In this document: positions 38,563 through 49,319 of the stretch, one piece after another | Layout: the number at the start of each line of letters is the position of its first letter | How positions within the stretch are numbered: position 1 is the first letter of the stretch | NCBI GenBank assembly: GCA_937965735.1 | Contig: CALCKU010000033.1 | Location: forward strand, 1-58,271 | Direction: 5' to 3' | From: an uncultured Caulobacterales bacterium | GTDB lineage: Bacteria > Pseudomonadota > Alphaproteobacteria > Caulobacterales > Maricaulaceae | DNA length: 58,271 bases | Position numbers and translations under genes: made by a program | The notes under the pieces: model-generated | What the model saw: the letters and a program-made list of their open reading frames with translations, nothing else | Databases searched by the model: none | What the model was told of the DNA's origin: nothing

Positions 38563-40482
38563 ATGAAACGCGCTTTATTTATAAATTGTGCCGTCTTAGG
38601 CCTTTCTTTCACTGCCGCCCAATCTTGGGCACAGACGTCAATCTCTCAGAATGGGCCTCAAAATTTAACCGATTTTGACAATCGCGAGATTATCACCATT
38701 GGGCAACGTTTGGGTACAAGCCAAACGGATGAAATCACGAGTCCCGTTAGTCTTTTAACAGAAACAGATATACGCAATCGTGGTCAAGGATATGTGTCTG
38801 ATCTTTTACGCGCATTGCCGGGCGTCTCGGTTAACCGTTCAGGACCGTCTGGGAATTTAACTCAAATCCGCGTACGGGGTTCAGAAGCCAATCATGTCCT
38901 CGTTTTAATTGACGGTATTGAAGCGGGTAATCCAAATACAGGTGAATTTGATTTTGCAGGCTTGCGCACAGAAGACATTGTTCGTGTTGAGTTCTTGCGC
39001 GGTGAACAGTCAGCCCTTTACGGTTCTGATGCGGTTGGCGGGGTTATCAGTATCACCACGCGCGCGGCAAATGTTGAAAGTGGCTACGATACATCTTTTG
39101 AAATCGGTAGTTTTAAAACACGCGCCGTTACAGGTAATGCGGTTTACGGTCTGAATGAGGCCTTTGGAGAGCGCTCAAGCCTGTCTGTGAACGGAACATT
39201 CTTTGAAACCGACGGCTATGATATTTCGAATGCGGATCGCGATGAGAAAGATGGAAGTCAAAGTAAGAGCGTAAATGTTGGTTTAAACAATATCGCGCTT
39301 GGGCCGTTTTCAATTAATGCGAAAGGCGCTCTGTCAAAGCTAAAGACTGAGTTTGATTCGGATTCTGATTTTGACGGACGTTTAAATGACACGGATGATG
39401 AACTCACAACGAAAACGGCTTTGGGGCGTGTCTCTGTTGGGTTTGATGTTATGGATATTGCCAATACGCTTGCTTTTTCTTTGACGGATACAGATACGAA
39501 AAACCCGAATGCCAGCTTTCAAAACGACACGAAAGGGACACGTCGTCAATATAGCTGGGTGGCCCGTAAAATTATAGGCAACCATGATATAACGGTTTTG
39601 GCCGAGGCAGAGACTGAAAAATTCACAAATTTCGGCGGCGAGAATGCAGGACAAAATCAAAGCAAAAGCCTTAGCCGTGAGGCTATTGCGGGGGATTACC
39701 GGTTTACGCCCGGGGACCTCACCCTTACGGCGTCTTTGCGACAGGACTTCAATTCACGTTTTGATGACGCCCTAACATGGCGTGTGGGCGGCGGTTATGA
39801 ACTTGCCAGTCTGGGTGGACAGGTTAGAGGCTCTTACGGTACGGGGATTAAGAACCCAACCTTAACCGAGCTTTTTGGTTTCTTCCCAGCATTCTTTGTT
39901 GGAAATCCAGATTTGAAACCCGAAAAATCAAAAGGCTTTAACATTGGCTATATGCAAAGCTTTGGCGACTCGATCAACGTTTCTGTTGATTATTTTAAAT
40001 CTGATCTTGAAAACGAGATTTTCACAGACTTTAGCGTTTTCCCGTCTACGGCCAAAAACCGAACGTCTGAAAGCCGCCGCGAAGGTGTGGAAGTTGAAGC
40101 GCGATGGACGGTTTCTGATATGTTTAATTTAAGCGGCAGTGCCACACTCTTAAACGCTAAAGAGAACGGCGTGAAAGAAATTCGGCGTCCCGACTTTACC
40201 GCGAGCGCTTCTGCAACGTATAATGTTAATGACAAGCTTTCTGTAACAGGTGTGGTCGATCATACGGGTTCGCAAACCGATCAAGATTTTGCGACCTTCC
40301 CAGCGACTGTTGTTAAACTTAAAGCCTTCACACTCATTGGTTTAAATGCCAGTTATCATTTGACGGATGATTTGACATTCAGTTTACGCGGAGAAAACCT
40401 TCTGAATGAGACTTATGAAGAAGTTATTGGATATGCATCCCAAGATCGTGCTGTTTACGGCGCGCTCCGTGCGCGTTTTTAA
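38563..40482 (+). CDS. btuB: TonB-dependent receptor, BtuB-like vitamin B12 transporter
   Basis: Start at ATG 38563 after aggag. Signal peptide MKRALFINCAVLGLSFTAAQSWAQ. Plug motifs (LLRALPGV, IRVRGSE.NHVLVLIDGI, RVEFLRGEQSALYGSDAVGGVI). C-terminal aromatic residue (..ALRARF). Follows the B12 riboswitch. Confidence 0.8.
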   Translation: MKRALFINCAVLGLSFTAAQSWAQTSISQNGPQNLTDFDNREIITIGQRLGTSQTDEITSPVSLLTETDIRNRGQGYVSDLLRALPGVSVNRSGPSGNLTQIRVRGSEANHVLVLIDGIEAGNPNTGEFDFAGLRTEDIVRVEFLRGEQSALYGSDAVGGVISITTRAANVESGYDTSFEIGSFKTRAVTGNAVYGLNEAFGERSSLSVNGTFFETDGYDISNADRDEKDGSQSKSVNVGLNNIALGPFSINAKGALSKLKTEFDSDSDFDGRLNDTDDELTTKTALGRVSVGFDVMDIANTLAFSLTDTDTKNPNASFQNDTKGTRRQYSWVARKIIGNHDITVLAEAETEKFTNFGGENAGQNQSKSLSREAIAGDYRFTPGDLTLTASLRQDFNSRFDDALTWRVGGGYELASLGGQVRGSYGTGIKNPTLTELFGFFPAFFVGNPDLKPEKSKGFNIGYMQSFGDSINVSVDYFKSDLENEIFTDFSVFPSTAKNRTSESRREGVEVEARWTVSDMFNLSGSATLLNAKENGVKEIRRPDFTASASATYNVNDKLSVTGVVDHTGSQTDQDFATFPATVVKLKAFTLIGLNASYHLTDDLTFSLRGENLLNETYEEVIGYASQDRAVYGALRARF

Positions 40483-40498
40483 TCTGAAGCGTCTTAAT

Positions 40499-41557
40499 AT
40501 GGTATTGAGTGCAAGGCCTTTTGGCCTTGCACTTTTACTCTTGCCTGTGTTGCTCAGCATAATTTTTACACATGGCACGGCATTCGCCCATGATACGTCT
40601 CAGGCCCATGATACGTCTCAGGCTCAAGATACGTCATGGATAAAAACGGCTACCCTTAAGACAGACGGGATAGAGGAAGGTGGGATAAAATCTCCCAGTA
40701 TTGGGTCAACCTCGCTTTGCGGGGATAGCTATATTTTAGCGCTCGTCCCCGACCATGTTCGGGCCTTATCTTGGCAATCCAAAAGTCGTTTGTCACGCGC
40801 CACAGATAGGCAAAAGCAATTGCCGCAATTATGGGATGATTTAGAAGTCCTCGCCAAAGCGGAAGCGGCCTCAATAGCCTCGGTTGATTTCGGATCTCCG
40901 CATACGCTTGACCTTTTACTTTTTGGGCCGGGCGAAGGTAAAGACCGGGATCAACTCAATACGCCGTCTCTGGTTTTAAAATGGGGCGAGGATTTTGATA
41001 CAGTTTTTACAAACGCTCACGCTATTAGCCTAGAGCTTAATGCAGGCATGCCTGAAATTCGGGCGTTAAAATCGCGCGTTGCGGCGTTACGCGCTCGTGA
41101 CAGATTTGTTGAACGTCCCAAAATTTTATATCTTTCGCGCTCTGGCGGCACGGCGGGTGCGGGTACATTCATTGACCATGCGATACGCCTCGCAGGGGGT
41201 GAAAACATTATCACCACGCAAGGTTGGTTCTCACCAGATCCAGAACAGCTTTTGGCGCTAAGGCCTGATGTAATTCTTACAAGCTATTTTGAAGACGGTT
41301 ATGAAAGTGTCCAAGCCATGGCGATACGGCATAAAACTGTGTCTGACTATATTGCTCAGTTTCCGACCTTCGAAATTCCGGGACAGCTCTGGCCTTGTGC
41401 TGGCCCAGGGTTAATAGAGGCGACTGAACGTATTTCCGACGCGCTGGTTCAGCTTGGACTTAATCCCGGTGAAATGGGAACCGATAAAAGGGAACCCGTT
41501 ACAGTAGACCTGGTGCAGCCCGTGAAACCAACGCCTTCGGACGGTTCAAAACTATGA
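40499..41557 (+). CDS. ABC-transporter periplasmic substrate-binding protein (BtuF/FecB class)
   Basis: Start at ATG 40499 with signal peptide MVLSARPFGLALLLLPVLLSIIFTHGTAFA. LRPDVILTSYF-type motif. Lies between the receptor and the FecCD permease. Confidence 0.7.
   Translation: MVLSARPFGLALLLLPVLLSIIFTHGTAFAHDTSQAHDTSQAQDTSWIKTATLKTDGIEEGGIKSPSIGSTSLCGDSYILALVPDHVRALSWQSKSRLSRATDRQKQLPQLWDDLEVLAKAEAASIASVDFGSPHTLDLLLFGPGEGKDRDQLNTPSLVLKWGEDFDTVFTNAHAISLELNAGMPEIRALKSRVAALRARDRFVERPKILYLSRSGGTAGAGTFIDHAIRLAGGENIITTQGWFSPDPEQLLALRPDVILTSYFEDGYESVQAMAIRHKTVSDYIAQFPTFEIPGQLWPCAGPGLIEATERISDALVQLGLNPGEMGTDKREPVTVDLVQPVKPTPSDGSKL
40589..40636. repeat. 18-bp tandem repeat x2.7 (catgatacgtctcaggcc)
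   Basis: Copies at 40589-40606 and 40607-40624, with a partial copy at 40625-40636. They encode HDTSQA HDTSQA QDTS right after the predicted signal-peptide cleavage site. Confidence 0.9.
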
Positions 41558-42516
41558 AAGTGTTTGCGTTGATATGTGTGTGCCTTGTTTGCGCGGCGCT
41601 CTCGCTTTTATTTGGCGCGGCTGATCTCGGGGCGCGAGAGAGCTTTTATGCCTTAATCGGTCAAGGGAGCGCGCTTAATATTATGATTATACAAGATTTG
41701 CGTTTGCCCCGAACACTCCTCGCGCTCGTGATTGGGGCAGGCCTTGGCGCGTCTGGCGCTGCCTTGCAAGGCTATACCCGAAACCCTTTGGCCGCGCCCG
41801 GTATATTAGGCTTTTCTGCCTGCGCCGCATTTGGCGCAGTGCTGGCTCTATATTTTGGACACGCCCGCTTTGTGGCCATGAGTGCTTTGTTCACAACAAT
41901 CTTGGGGGCTGTGTTTATTTTAATTTTGGCGGGGCCGCGAAAAGGCGCGTCTACACTCATTCTCGCAGGCGTTGGTGTTGGAGCCATGGCAACCGCTTTA
42001 ACAGGTCTTATAATGAATTTTGCGCCTAACCCATGGGCCTTGTCTGAAATCGTCTACTGGCTAATGGGCTCACTTAAAAACGCAGATAAGACTGCCTTAT
42101 ATATGTGTAGCGGCTTTACCGTTACTGGACTTATCTTGCTTATGTTCACAGGGTCAGACTTAAAGACGTTGAGCCTCGGTGAAGATACGGCGCGTAGTCT
42201 AGGCGTATCGTTGGCGCGTGTTCGTTTATTGATGATTGCAGGGGTTGCATTATGCGTTGGTAGCGGTGTTGCCGTTGCCGGCGCGATTGGATTTATAGGC
42301 CTATTTGTCCCGCATATTATGCGGCTCATATTTGGGCCAAACCCACTTCGCCTTATTCCTTTATCAGCGATTGGGGGGGCTGGATTTTTGGTCTTTGCGG
42401 ACACATTAACGCGCGCCGTCTCTGGGCCAGGGACGCCGCTCTATCTGGGAGTCTTAACCTCGCTCATTGGCGTGCCGTTTTTTCTGTATCTGGCCGTGAA
42501 AGAGAGCCGTATATGA
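41554..42516 (+). CDS. FecCD-family ABC permease (BtuC-like)
   Basis: 320 aa and polytopic. LPRTLLALVIGAGLGASGAALQG....NPLA.PGILG is typical of FecCD/BtuC. Overlaps its neighbours by 4 bp on both sides. Confidence 0.85.
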   Translation: MKVFALICVCLVCAALSLLFGAADLGARESFYALIGQGSALNIMIIQDLRLPRTLLALVIGAGLGASGAALQGYTRNPLAAPGILGFSACAAFGAVLALYFGHARFVAMSALFTTILGAVFILILAGPRKGASTLILAGVGVGAMATALTGLIMNFAPNPWALSEIVYWLMGSLKNADKTALYMCSGFTVTGLILLMFTGSDLKTLSLGEDTARSLGVSLARVRLLMIAGVALCVGSGVAVAGAIGFIGLFVPHIMRLIFGPNPLRLIPLSAIGGAGFLVFADTLTRAVSGPGTPLYLGVLTSLIGVPFFLYLAVKESRI

Positions 42517-43289
42517 GCGGGCTCAAAATTCAATCCCTCACCGCAGGCTATGGTCGCGGAAGCGCCCGAAAAACTGTGCTTAAAGATATATCTATACAGG
42601 CTGAATTGGGACAATTGATTGTCTTGCTGGGCCCGAATGGTAGTGGAAAATCAACTCTGTTAAAAACAATCGCGGGTTTGATTGTCCCGAGTCGCGGCAC
42701 GCTTGAATTTAACGGGACGCACTTGAACCGCTTATCTTTGAAAGGCCGTGCTAAGACCATATCTTATTTGGCGCAAGCGCGGGCTGTACCCCCAAATTTA
42801 AACGCGAAAGCGATTGTCGATTTAGGTCGCGCCCCGTTTCGCGGCACACTTGGGCGCCTGAGTGATGACGGAGAGGCCGCTGTCTTCCGCGCTCTTGAGG
42901 TGACGCACTCTTTAGATTTCAAAGACCGCGTAATGGGGTCTATGTCGGGCGGTGAGCAAGCCCGGGTTTTATTGGCGCGTGCACTGGCGGTTGAAGCGCC
43001 GATCTTACTGGCGGATGAGCCGATTGCTGCGCTTGATCCTTATTATCAAATCACGATGATGGAGACATTAAAAGCAGAGGCGCAAAACGGACATTTAGTC
43101 ATTACGGCGTTACATGACCTTACATTAGCCCTGCAATTCGCGGATGAGATTTGGGTCATGCAGGCTGGTGAACTTGTGAGTCACGGGACACCGCAAGACG
43201 CTTTGACGCCCCAAACCCTTAAAACTGTGTTTCGAATTAAACAGCCAGTAAACGGCTTTCCGCAACTGAAAACAGCGCCCTCAAAGTAA
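42513..43289 (+). CDS. ABC transporter ATP-binding protein (BtuD/FecE-like)
   Basis: Walker A GPNGSGKST, signature MSGGEQ, Walker B LLADEP, H-loop ALHDL. Confidence 0.85.
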   Translation: MSGLKIQSLTAGYGRGSARKTVLKDISIQAELGQLIVLLGPNGSGKSTLLKTIAGLIVPSRGTLEFNGTHLNRLSLKGRAKTISYLAQARAVPPNLNAKAIVDLGRAPFRGTLGRLSDDGEAAVFRALEVTHSLDFKDRVMGSMSGGEQARVLLARALAVEAPILLADEPIAALDPYYQITMMETLKAEAQNGHLVITALHDLTLALQFADEIWVMQAGELVSHGTPQDALTPQTLKTVFRIKQPVNGFPQLKTAPSK

Positions 43290-43319
43290 ATTTTAGGGTT
43301 TTGGGCCCCTCTCAGAGCG

Positions 43320-44099
43320 TTACCCAGTACGGCCCGTAATATAATCTTGTGTTCGTGAATTTCCAGGATTGGTAAAGATCATTTCAGTCGGGCCAAATTC
43401 TACAAGATCGCCCATATGGAAAAAGGCGGTTTTATCTGAAATCCGCGCAGCCTGTGCCATGGAATGTGTGACAATAACAATGCAATAACGTTCTTTAAGT
43501 TCATCAATCAGCGCCTCTAATTTAGCCGTTGCAATTGGGTCGAGCGCAGAGGCGGGTTCGTCCATTAAGATGACTTCGGGTGATACGGCAATCGCACGGG
43601 CGATAACAAGACGTTGTTGTTGTCCGCCAGAGAGACCCGTCCCCGGAGATTTTAGGCGGTCTTTAACCTCGGCCCAAAGCCCCGCCCGTTTTAGGCTTTT
43701 TTCAACCAAATGATCCATTTCGGCCTTACTTGTCGTTAGACCGTGAATTTTAGGGCCATAAGCCACATTGTCATAAATCGATTTCGGAAACGGGTTTGGT
43801 TTTTGGAAGACCATGCCTACGCGCGCTCTTAAGAGTACGGGATCAAGGTTTTTATCGTAAATATCTTCGCCGTCCATAAGGATCGAACCTGAAACGCGCG
43901 CGCCTTCAATTGTGTCATTCATGCGGTTAAAGACGCGCAAAAAAGTTGATTTTCCGCACCCTGACGGGCCGATAAACGCGGTGACGCCATTATCTGGAAT
44001 TTCTATATCAATTCCGTGTAAGGCTTCATTTTGACCGTAATGGACGCGCACATCTTTGCAGCGGAATTTAATGTAGGGTTCAGCTTTTTTATCTGACAT
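43320..44099 (-). CDS. pstB: Phosphate ABC transporter ATP-binding protein
   Basis: Start at ATG 44099 (MSDKKAEP...). [40 protein letters not shown] and [12 protein letters not shown]. Confidence 0.95.
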   Translation of the reverse strand: MSDKKAEPYIKFRCKDVRVHYGQNEALHGIDIEIPDNGVTAFIGPSGCGKSTFLRVFNRMNDTIEGARVSGSILMDGEDIYDKNLDPVLLRARVGMVFQKPNPFPKSIYDNVAYGPKIHGLTTSKAEMDHLVEKSLKRAGLWAEVKDRLKSPGTGLSGGQQQRLVIARAIAVSPEVILMDEPASALDPIATAKLEALIDELKERYCIVIVTHSMAQAARISDKTAFFHMGDLVEFGPTEMIFTNPGNSRTQDYITGRTG

Positions 44100-44100
44100 T

Positions 44101-45465
44101 TTATCTCCGTTTCTCAAGCTTGTTACGAAGCCAGATTGCAAATCCGTTCATTGTAATGAGGACAAGCAAAAGAATAATAATCGCCGCAGAGGTTCGCTCT
44201 GACCAAGCGCGTTCGGCACTATCTGACCAGAGGAAAATTTGCACAGGCAAAGCCGATGCAGGTTCCATGACAGAGGTAGGAATTTCAGTCACAAAGGCGA
44301 CCATGCCGATCATCAAAAGCGGGGCGGTCTCACCAAGGACTTGCGCCATGCCAATAATCGTCCCCGTTAATATACCGGGTGCCGCCAATGGTAATTTATG
44401 ATGGAATACGGCTTGAACATGGGAGGCCCCGACACTGAGCGCGCCATTTGTGATTGAAGGCGATACAGAGCGAAGGGCCGCGCGCGTAGCAATCGTGATG
44501 GTTGGAAACGCCCGCAGGGCTAAGACCATACCGCCAACGAGCGGTGCAGAGCGCGGCATGCCAAAGAAATTCAAGAAAACAGCGAGGCCAAGTAAACCAA
44601 ATACAATTGACGGTACAGCCGCAAGATTATTGATGTTTATTTCAATCAAGTCTGTCCATTTATTCTTCGGAGCGAATTCATCCAAGTAAATCGCTGCCCC
44701 GACCCCAATGGGAAACGCCAAAATAAAAGCGACAGATAACAGCATAAGAGAGCCGACAACGGCACTGGCTATACCCGCTAATTCAGGGTCACGACTGTCT
44801 GTGCCCGTAAAAAAAATTGTATTGAACTTGGGTTTAATCACGCCGCGATCGACGAGTTCATCAATCCATTCAATTTGCTGATTACTAACCTTACGGCGCG
44901 CTTCGGGTGTTTCTCGGTCAATATACCCCTTTAAGAGCTGATCGACTTCATCAGAGGTTGGTACCGTCACTGTTAGAGTCTGACCGACAAGATTTGGGTT
45001 TTTGTACACTTTCTGGCGTACATAATTGGTCGCACCAGACGCTGAGACAAGATTAAACAAGGCCCGTTTCTCTTTACGGTCTGTGACCCCTTCTATCTGT
45101 GCCTGCATAGAGGTTTGGATAAGGCGGCGATAATTCGCTGCGCGTAATTTTTCAGGATCGCGTATATCTGTGGGATCCAATATAGAGGCTTCGAGTTTGA
45201 CATCTAAAGTAATAAAATGTTGCGTAAAGGCCGTATAGCCAGTGCCGACAAGACTGAAAAGTAACCACATAAGCGAGGCGACAGCAAAGCCAATGGCCAA
45301 GCGCCCCCAGAGGATAAACCGACCTTCTTTAGCCCTGCGTTTCTTAAGCCGTAATAAGGCGGCTTCAGAGTTATGCAAAGACGTCATCTTGTGCGGTTTT
45401 TTTCCACTCTTGCGATTTTTTTTCTTCTTAGATTTCGTTTCAGGGTTTTCAATTTGAGACATCAA
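44101..45465 (-). CDS. pstA: Phosphate ABC transporter permease PstA
   Basis: Long periplasmic loop after TM1, then the permease core ([16 protein letters not shown]). Overlaps pstC by 4 bp. Confidence 0.9.
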   Translation of the reverse strand: MMSQIENPETKSKKKKNRKSGKKPHKMTSLHNSEAALLRLKKRRAKEGRFILWGRLAIGFAVASLMWLLFSLVGTGYTAFTQHFITLDVKLEASILDPTDIRDPEKLRAANYRRLIQTSMQAQIEGVTDRKEKRALFNLVSASGATNYVRQKVYKNPNLVGQTLTVTVPTSDEVDQLLKGYIDRETPEARRKVSNQQIEWIDELVDRGVIKPKFNTIFFTGTDSRDPELAGIASAVVGSLMLLSVAFILAFPIGVGAAIYLDEFAPKNKWTDLIEININNLAAVPSIVFGLLGLAVFLNFFGMPRSAPLVGGMVLALRAFPTITIATRAALRSVSPSITNGALSVGASHVQAVFHHKLPLAAPGILTGTIIGMAQVLGETAPLLMIGMVAFVTEIPTSVMEPASALPVQIFLWSDSAERAWSERTSAAIIILLLVLITMNGFAIWLRNKLEKRR

Positions 45466-46736
45466 TCATACCTCTCGCGGTATTTTCGAACAATTGTCAA
45501 AGCTATGACATTTAAGATTAAAGTAATGACAAAGAGTACCAGCCCTAATGCGAAAGCGGCCAAGGTCTTGGGACTATCAAATTCTTGATCCCCTGTAAGG
45601 AGGGCGACGATTTGTACCGTCACAGTGGTGACCGCTTCAAAAGGATTCCCCGTAAGATTGGCGGCGCGACCAGCGGCCATGACCACAATCATGGTTTCGC
45701 CAATAGCTCGTGATATGGCAAGCAAGAACGCACCGATAATACCCGGTAAGGCGCCTGCAAAAATAACTTTTTTCATTGTTTCGGATTTTGTTGCACCGAG
45801 TGCATATGACCCGTCACGCAAGTTTTGGGGAACTGAATTTATGACATCATCCGAGAGTGAAGAAATAAGGGGAATAATCATCACGCCCATGACAACACCC
45901 GCTGAAATCGCGCTTTGTGTTGGAACAGAAAATCCAAACCCTTCAGCTAGATTTCGAATGGTTGGGCCAACGGTGAGTAAAGCAAAAAATCCGTAAACCA
46001 CCGTTGGAATCCCAGCAAGGATTTCAATGGCAGGTTTGACATAGGCACGGACCCGTTTGCTGGCATATTCGGAAAGGTAGACGGCAATCATCAACCCAAT
46101 CGGCCCTGCAATCGCCATAGCGATAAGCATAATTAGAAAGGTACCCGCAAAGATCGGGACGGCACCAAAACTCCCTGATTGACCCGCTTGATCCGCCCGT
46201 AATGCCATTTGCGGTGACCATTGGGTTCCAAACAAAAATTCAGTAAATGGGACTTTGTCAAAAAAGCGTAAGCTTTCAAACAAAAGCGAAAGGATGATGC
46301 CCAGCGTTGTGAAAACCGCAATCGCAGACAAGACGATCAAAGCCCCTATCACTAAGCGTTCCACATGTGTTCGAGCGCGAAATTCAGGTCTGATCCGTTG
46401 ATTGCATAAATATGTGATACTGGCCGCAGTTAGGATGAGGACGCCTATCCACACCGTATTGAAGATGAGGCCCCCTGTGTCTGGACGTAAAAACAATCCG
46501 CCTAAAAAGATTAAAAACCCACTTATACCAATCAGCCAGGCCGTGAGATAGCCATGATAACCAGATTGTGAATGATAGACACGCTCCGATTTTACATCGA
46601 CGCCTTTATACAGGGTTATGCGTTTCTGTGCCGCGGTAAAATTAAATGCAAACCCTGCGATTACAGATATAATCAGTAACATTAAGATATATGCGACAAT
46701 ACTATTCACAAAAACTCCGAATATTTGCGCGGACAA
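45462..46736 (-). CDS. pstC: Phosphate ABC transporter permease PstC
   Basis: Polytopic, with GA.P.I.GT, YLSEYA and AIGETMIV motifs. TTG start at 46736, so the exact start is uncertain. Confidence 0.9.
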   Translation of the reverse strand: MSAQIFGVFVNSIVAYILMLLIISVIAGFAFNFTAAQKRITLYKGVDVKSERVYHSQSGYHGYLTAWLIGISGFLIFLGGLFLRPDTGGLIFNTVWIGVLILTAASITYLCNQRIRPEFRARTHVERLVIGALIVLSAIAVFTTLGIILSLLFESLRFFDKVPFTEFLFGTQWSPQMALRADQAGQSGSFGAVPIFAGTFLIMLIAMAIAGPIGLMIAVYLSEYASKRVRAYVKPAIEILAGIPTVVYGFFALLTVGPTIRNLAEGFGFSVPTQSAISAGVVMGVMIIPLISSLSDDVINSVPQNLRDGSYALGATKSETMKKVIFAGALPGIIGAFLLAISRAIGETMIVVMAAGRAANLTGNPFEAVTTVTVQIVALLTGDQEFDSPKTLAAFALGLVLFVITLILNVIALTIVRKYRERYD

Positions 46737-46780
46737 CGAACCGACTGCATTTAAAGTAATAGCTTATGTCCCATAACCAG

Positions 46781-46811
46781 AAAAAAGGCGACTCGTAAAG
46801 CCGCCTTTTTT
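46781..46811. terminator. Hairpin between pstS and pstC (possible intra-operon attenuator)
   Basis: aaaaaaggcg...cgcctttttt, a GC stem flanked by an A-run and a T-run, so it is usable in either orientation. Confidence 0.4.
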
Positions 46812-46829
46812 AAATGATTTTATTGACAT

Positions 46830-47942
46830 TTATTGTGAATAGGCACGTAGATTTTCCACGTCAGCCCGAACCTTTGCCCGTTCCGCATCTGTTAAGGGAA
46901 CCAGACCAATATCTTCTAGATAACCGCCAGGGCCAGAGGCTTCTTCAGATGTGAATTCAAGTGCATATTCCTGTAATCCTGGTGTTTTACCGACATGATC
47001 TTTCTTCAAATAGAAATATAGCGAACGGGATACAGGATAAACACCGCTTGAGATGTTTTCAAAACTGGGTTCAGCACCGTCAACATAGCCGCCTTTAATT
47101 TTGTCGGTATTTTGATCTAGGAATGAATAGCCAAACACCCCAATGGCACTTGGCGTGTTCACCAGTGTCTGCACGAGTGCGTTATCATTCTCGCCGCCGT
47201 CAATCCACTTCCCATCTTCGCGTAGTGTGTGGGCGATATTTCCAAAAGCTTTCTTGTCATTTTTACGCAAGACCGCAAGGCATGGTATCGTTTTTGCGCC
47301 ACCTTCCATTGCGATTTCAACAAAGGCATCGCGGGTTCCAGAGGTTGGCGGCGGGCCATAGGCTTCAATTGTTTGCGGTGGTAGGTCTGGATTAATATCT
47401 TGCCAATTTGTGTACGGGTTGGGTTGCAGTGTACAATCCGTATCGGAAACAGGCACTTGTTTAGCAAAGGCTAAATAAATATCTTTAAGACGCATATCGA
47501 TTGGCGCTGCGTCAATTGCGTTCGCAATGACAATACCGTCATAGCCAATTTTAACTTCAATGACACCTTCAACGCCGTTTTCCGTACACATTTCAAATTC
47601 GCTTTTCTTCTGGCGACGCGAAGAGTTTGTAACATCTGCCGTTTCAGGGCCGTTACCATCGCAAAAAAGCTTATGTCCACCACCAGAGCCTGTTGACTCC
47701 ACGACGACTTTAAACCCTGTTTTATTGCCAAATTCTTGCGCGACTTTTGTCGAAAACGGATAAACCGTTGAAGAACCGACAATGCGAATATCTTTGACGC
47801 GTGTATCCACTTTTGCGGACTCTATAGCGTTCGATTGCGTTTCAGTGCTTGACTGTGTGTTCGTATTCCCACCGCACGCAGTTAAAAGTGCCGTTAGCGA
47901 AACAGTGAGTGCATAAGCGCTCGCAATTTTAAACATCTTCAT
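46830..47942 (-). CDS. pstS: Phosphate ABC transporter substrate-binding lipoprotein
   Basis: Lipobox LLTACGG, then RIVGSSTVYPF and ESTGSGGG motifs of the PstS family. First gene of the pstSCAB block. Confidence 0.85.
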   Translation of the reverse strand: MKMFKIASAYALTVSLTALLTACGGNTNTQSSTETQSNAIESAKVDTRVKDIRIVGSSTVYPFSTKVAQEFGNKTGFKVVVESTGSGGGHKLFCDGNGPETADVTNSSRRQKKSEFEMCTENGVEGVIEVKIGYDGIVIANAIDAAPIDMRLKDIYLAFAKQVPVSDTDCTLQPNPYTNWQDINPDLPPQTIEAYGPPPTSGTRDAFVEIAMEGGAKTIPCLAVLRKNDKKAFGNIAHTLREDGKWIDGGENDNALVQTLVNTPSAIGVFGYSFLDQNTDKIKGGYVDGAEPSFENISSGVYPVSRSLYFYLKKDHVGKTPGLQEYALEFTSEEASGPGGYLEDIGLVPLTDAERAKVRADVENLRAYSQ

Positions 47943-47962
47943 AATGAAATCTCTCTTAGTGT

Positions 47963-49108
47963 TTAAAAATCAAATTGTAGACGGGTTACAAATCCTGTTG
48001 CGTCAACACGGTTCGGACTTGTACTGGTTTGCCTATTGGCTTTGGCATCGAAATAGTTAACCCCAATATGTATTTTTGAGGTTGGCCACCATTCGGCACC
48101 GACAATAAATGTATCAAGATCACCCGCGCCAACCGTATCATCTTTCAGGTTTAACGTATCATATCTTGCGACAAGAGACAAAGCACCTAAGCCACCCTTT
48201 GTCAAAGGGGCATCCACATCTGGGCGTCTAAATTTTCCGCCTTTATAGGTTCGTTTCCCACCGATGAAATAGCCGACTTCGCCGAAATAGCCGTCAAAGG
48301 TTGCATCCCCTGCGGTTTTATCACGATTGTCGGACTGTGTTAGCGCATATTCGCCTGTCGCCCAAAATCCTTTATGGATTGTGGCCGCTTCAACGCCAAT
48401 CATTGTATCTTTCTGTGCAAATCTTTGTGTCGCCAGAATACGAGGCGCGGTATGCGCAAAAGGGCGTTGACGATAGCGAAGCGCACTATCGTCTTTTTGG
48501 TCACGATAGCGTATAGAAGCCCCGACATGTACCAACCGATCCTCTTCAAGCACAGGTAAATAGGTCACGCGAGCGGCTGCCGCCATGCCGTCTGTTTCAT
48601 CAATCACTTCTAGATTTGTTAAAAACACCCCCGCCGTAGCCGTGTAGCGTTTGCCGCTTGTACTGACGCCGAGGCCAAGGCGACGATTAAAACCAAAGCT
48701 ATCGGTAAAAGCCGCGCGTTCAATTGTTGAGCTAAAGCGCGAAGACGTTAACTCATCCAGTGAATTGGGTGTATTAAATTGTCCCGCTTTAATTTTTAAA
48801 TTTATGCCTTTGGGGGCATATTCCACCCAAATATCTTCTAGATTTACTTTATCTGATGAATCCGTATTCAGCTCGACTTTATATTTAAGGCGTGATGTGA
48901 GTTTGCCAGAAACATTAAGACGTGCTCGCCTCACTTCTGTGTCACTCTCTGTACCCCCGACAAGATCAGATTTTACAGAGGTTACATCATACATAAAACG
49001 CCCGCCAAATTTCATTGTGAAATCGTCAGCAGAGGCATTTTGCGAACCCGCAAGGCAGGCAAAAAAACAAGTTCCACTCAAGAGTAGGTTTTTAGTCAGA
49101 TGGCGCAT
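47963..49108 (-). CDS. Phosphate-selective porin O/P family protein
   Basis: Signal peptide, alternating beta-strand pattern, C-terminal ...RLQFDF, and G.F..D-type porin O/P segments. Ends 20 bp upstream of pstS. Confidence 0.75.
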   Translation of the reverse strand: MRHLTKNLLLSGTCFFACLAGSQNASADDFTMKFGGRFMYDVTSVKSDLVGGTESDTEVRRARLNVSGKLTSRLKYKVELNTDSSDKVNLEDIWVEYAPKGINLKIKAGQFNTPNSLDELTSSRFSSTIERAAFTDSFGFNRRLGLGVSTSGKRYTATAGVFLTNLEVIDETDGMAAAARVTYLPVLEEDRLVHVGASIRYRDQKDDSALRYRQRPFAHTAPRILATQRFAQKDTMIGVEAATIHKGFWATGEYALTQSDNRDKTAGDATFDGYFGEVGYFIGGKRTYKGGKFRRPDVDAPLTKGGLGALSLVARYDTLNLKDDTVGAGDLDTFIVGAEWWPTSKIHIGVNYFDAKANRQTSTSPNRVDATGFVTRLQFDF

Positions 49109-49176
49109 TAGTTATGTCTTTCATTTACAAATTTGGGCGTAAATTTAGGTCAAAATTTATTCTAGTCCATGCACGG

Positions 49177-49221
49177 CTTCTGTGATGCTTTTGTACAAGT
49201 TTTATGACAATTTTGTGAAAG
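49177..49221 (-). promoter_or_regulatory. Pho-box-like array (four 11-bp phased repeats) upstream of the porin-pstSCAB operon
   Basis: Minus strand reads CTTTCACAAAA TTGTCATAAAA CTTGTACAAAA GCATCACAGAA (compare E. coli CTGTCATA(A/T)A(A/T)CTGTCA(C/T)). A TAGAAT -10-like hexamer follows about 16 nt downstream. Confidence 0.55.
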
Positions 49222-49319
49222 TAGCCCTGCAAAATGAGAGAAATTAAGGGGCGTACTTATTGTTGTGCCCAAATGTTTTATCTGAATAATCGTGTCTAAA
49301 TCGTTGGGCCTGAGTAAAA

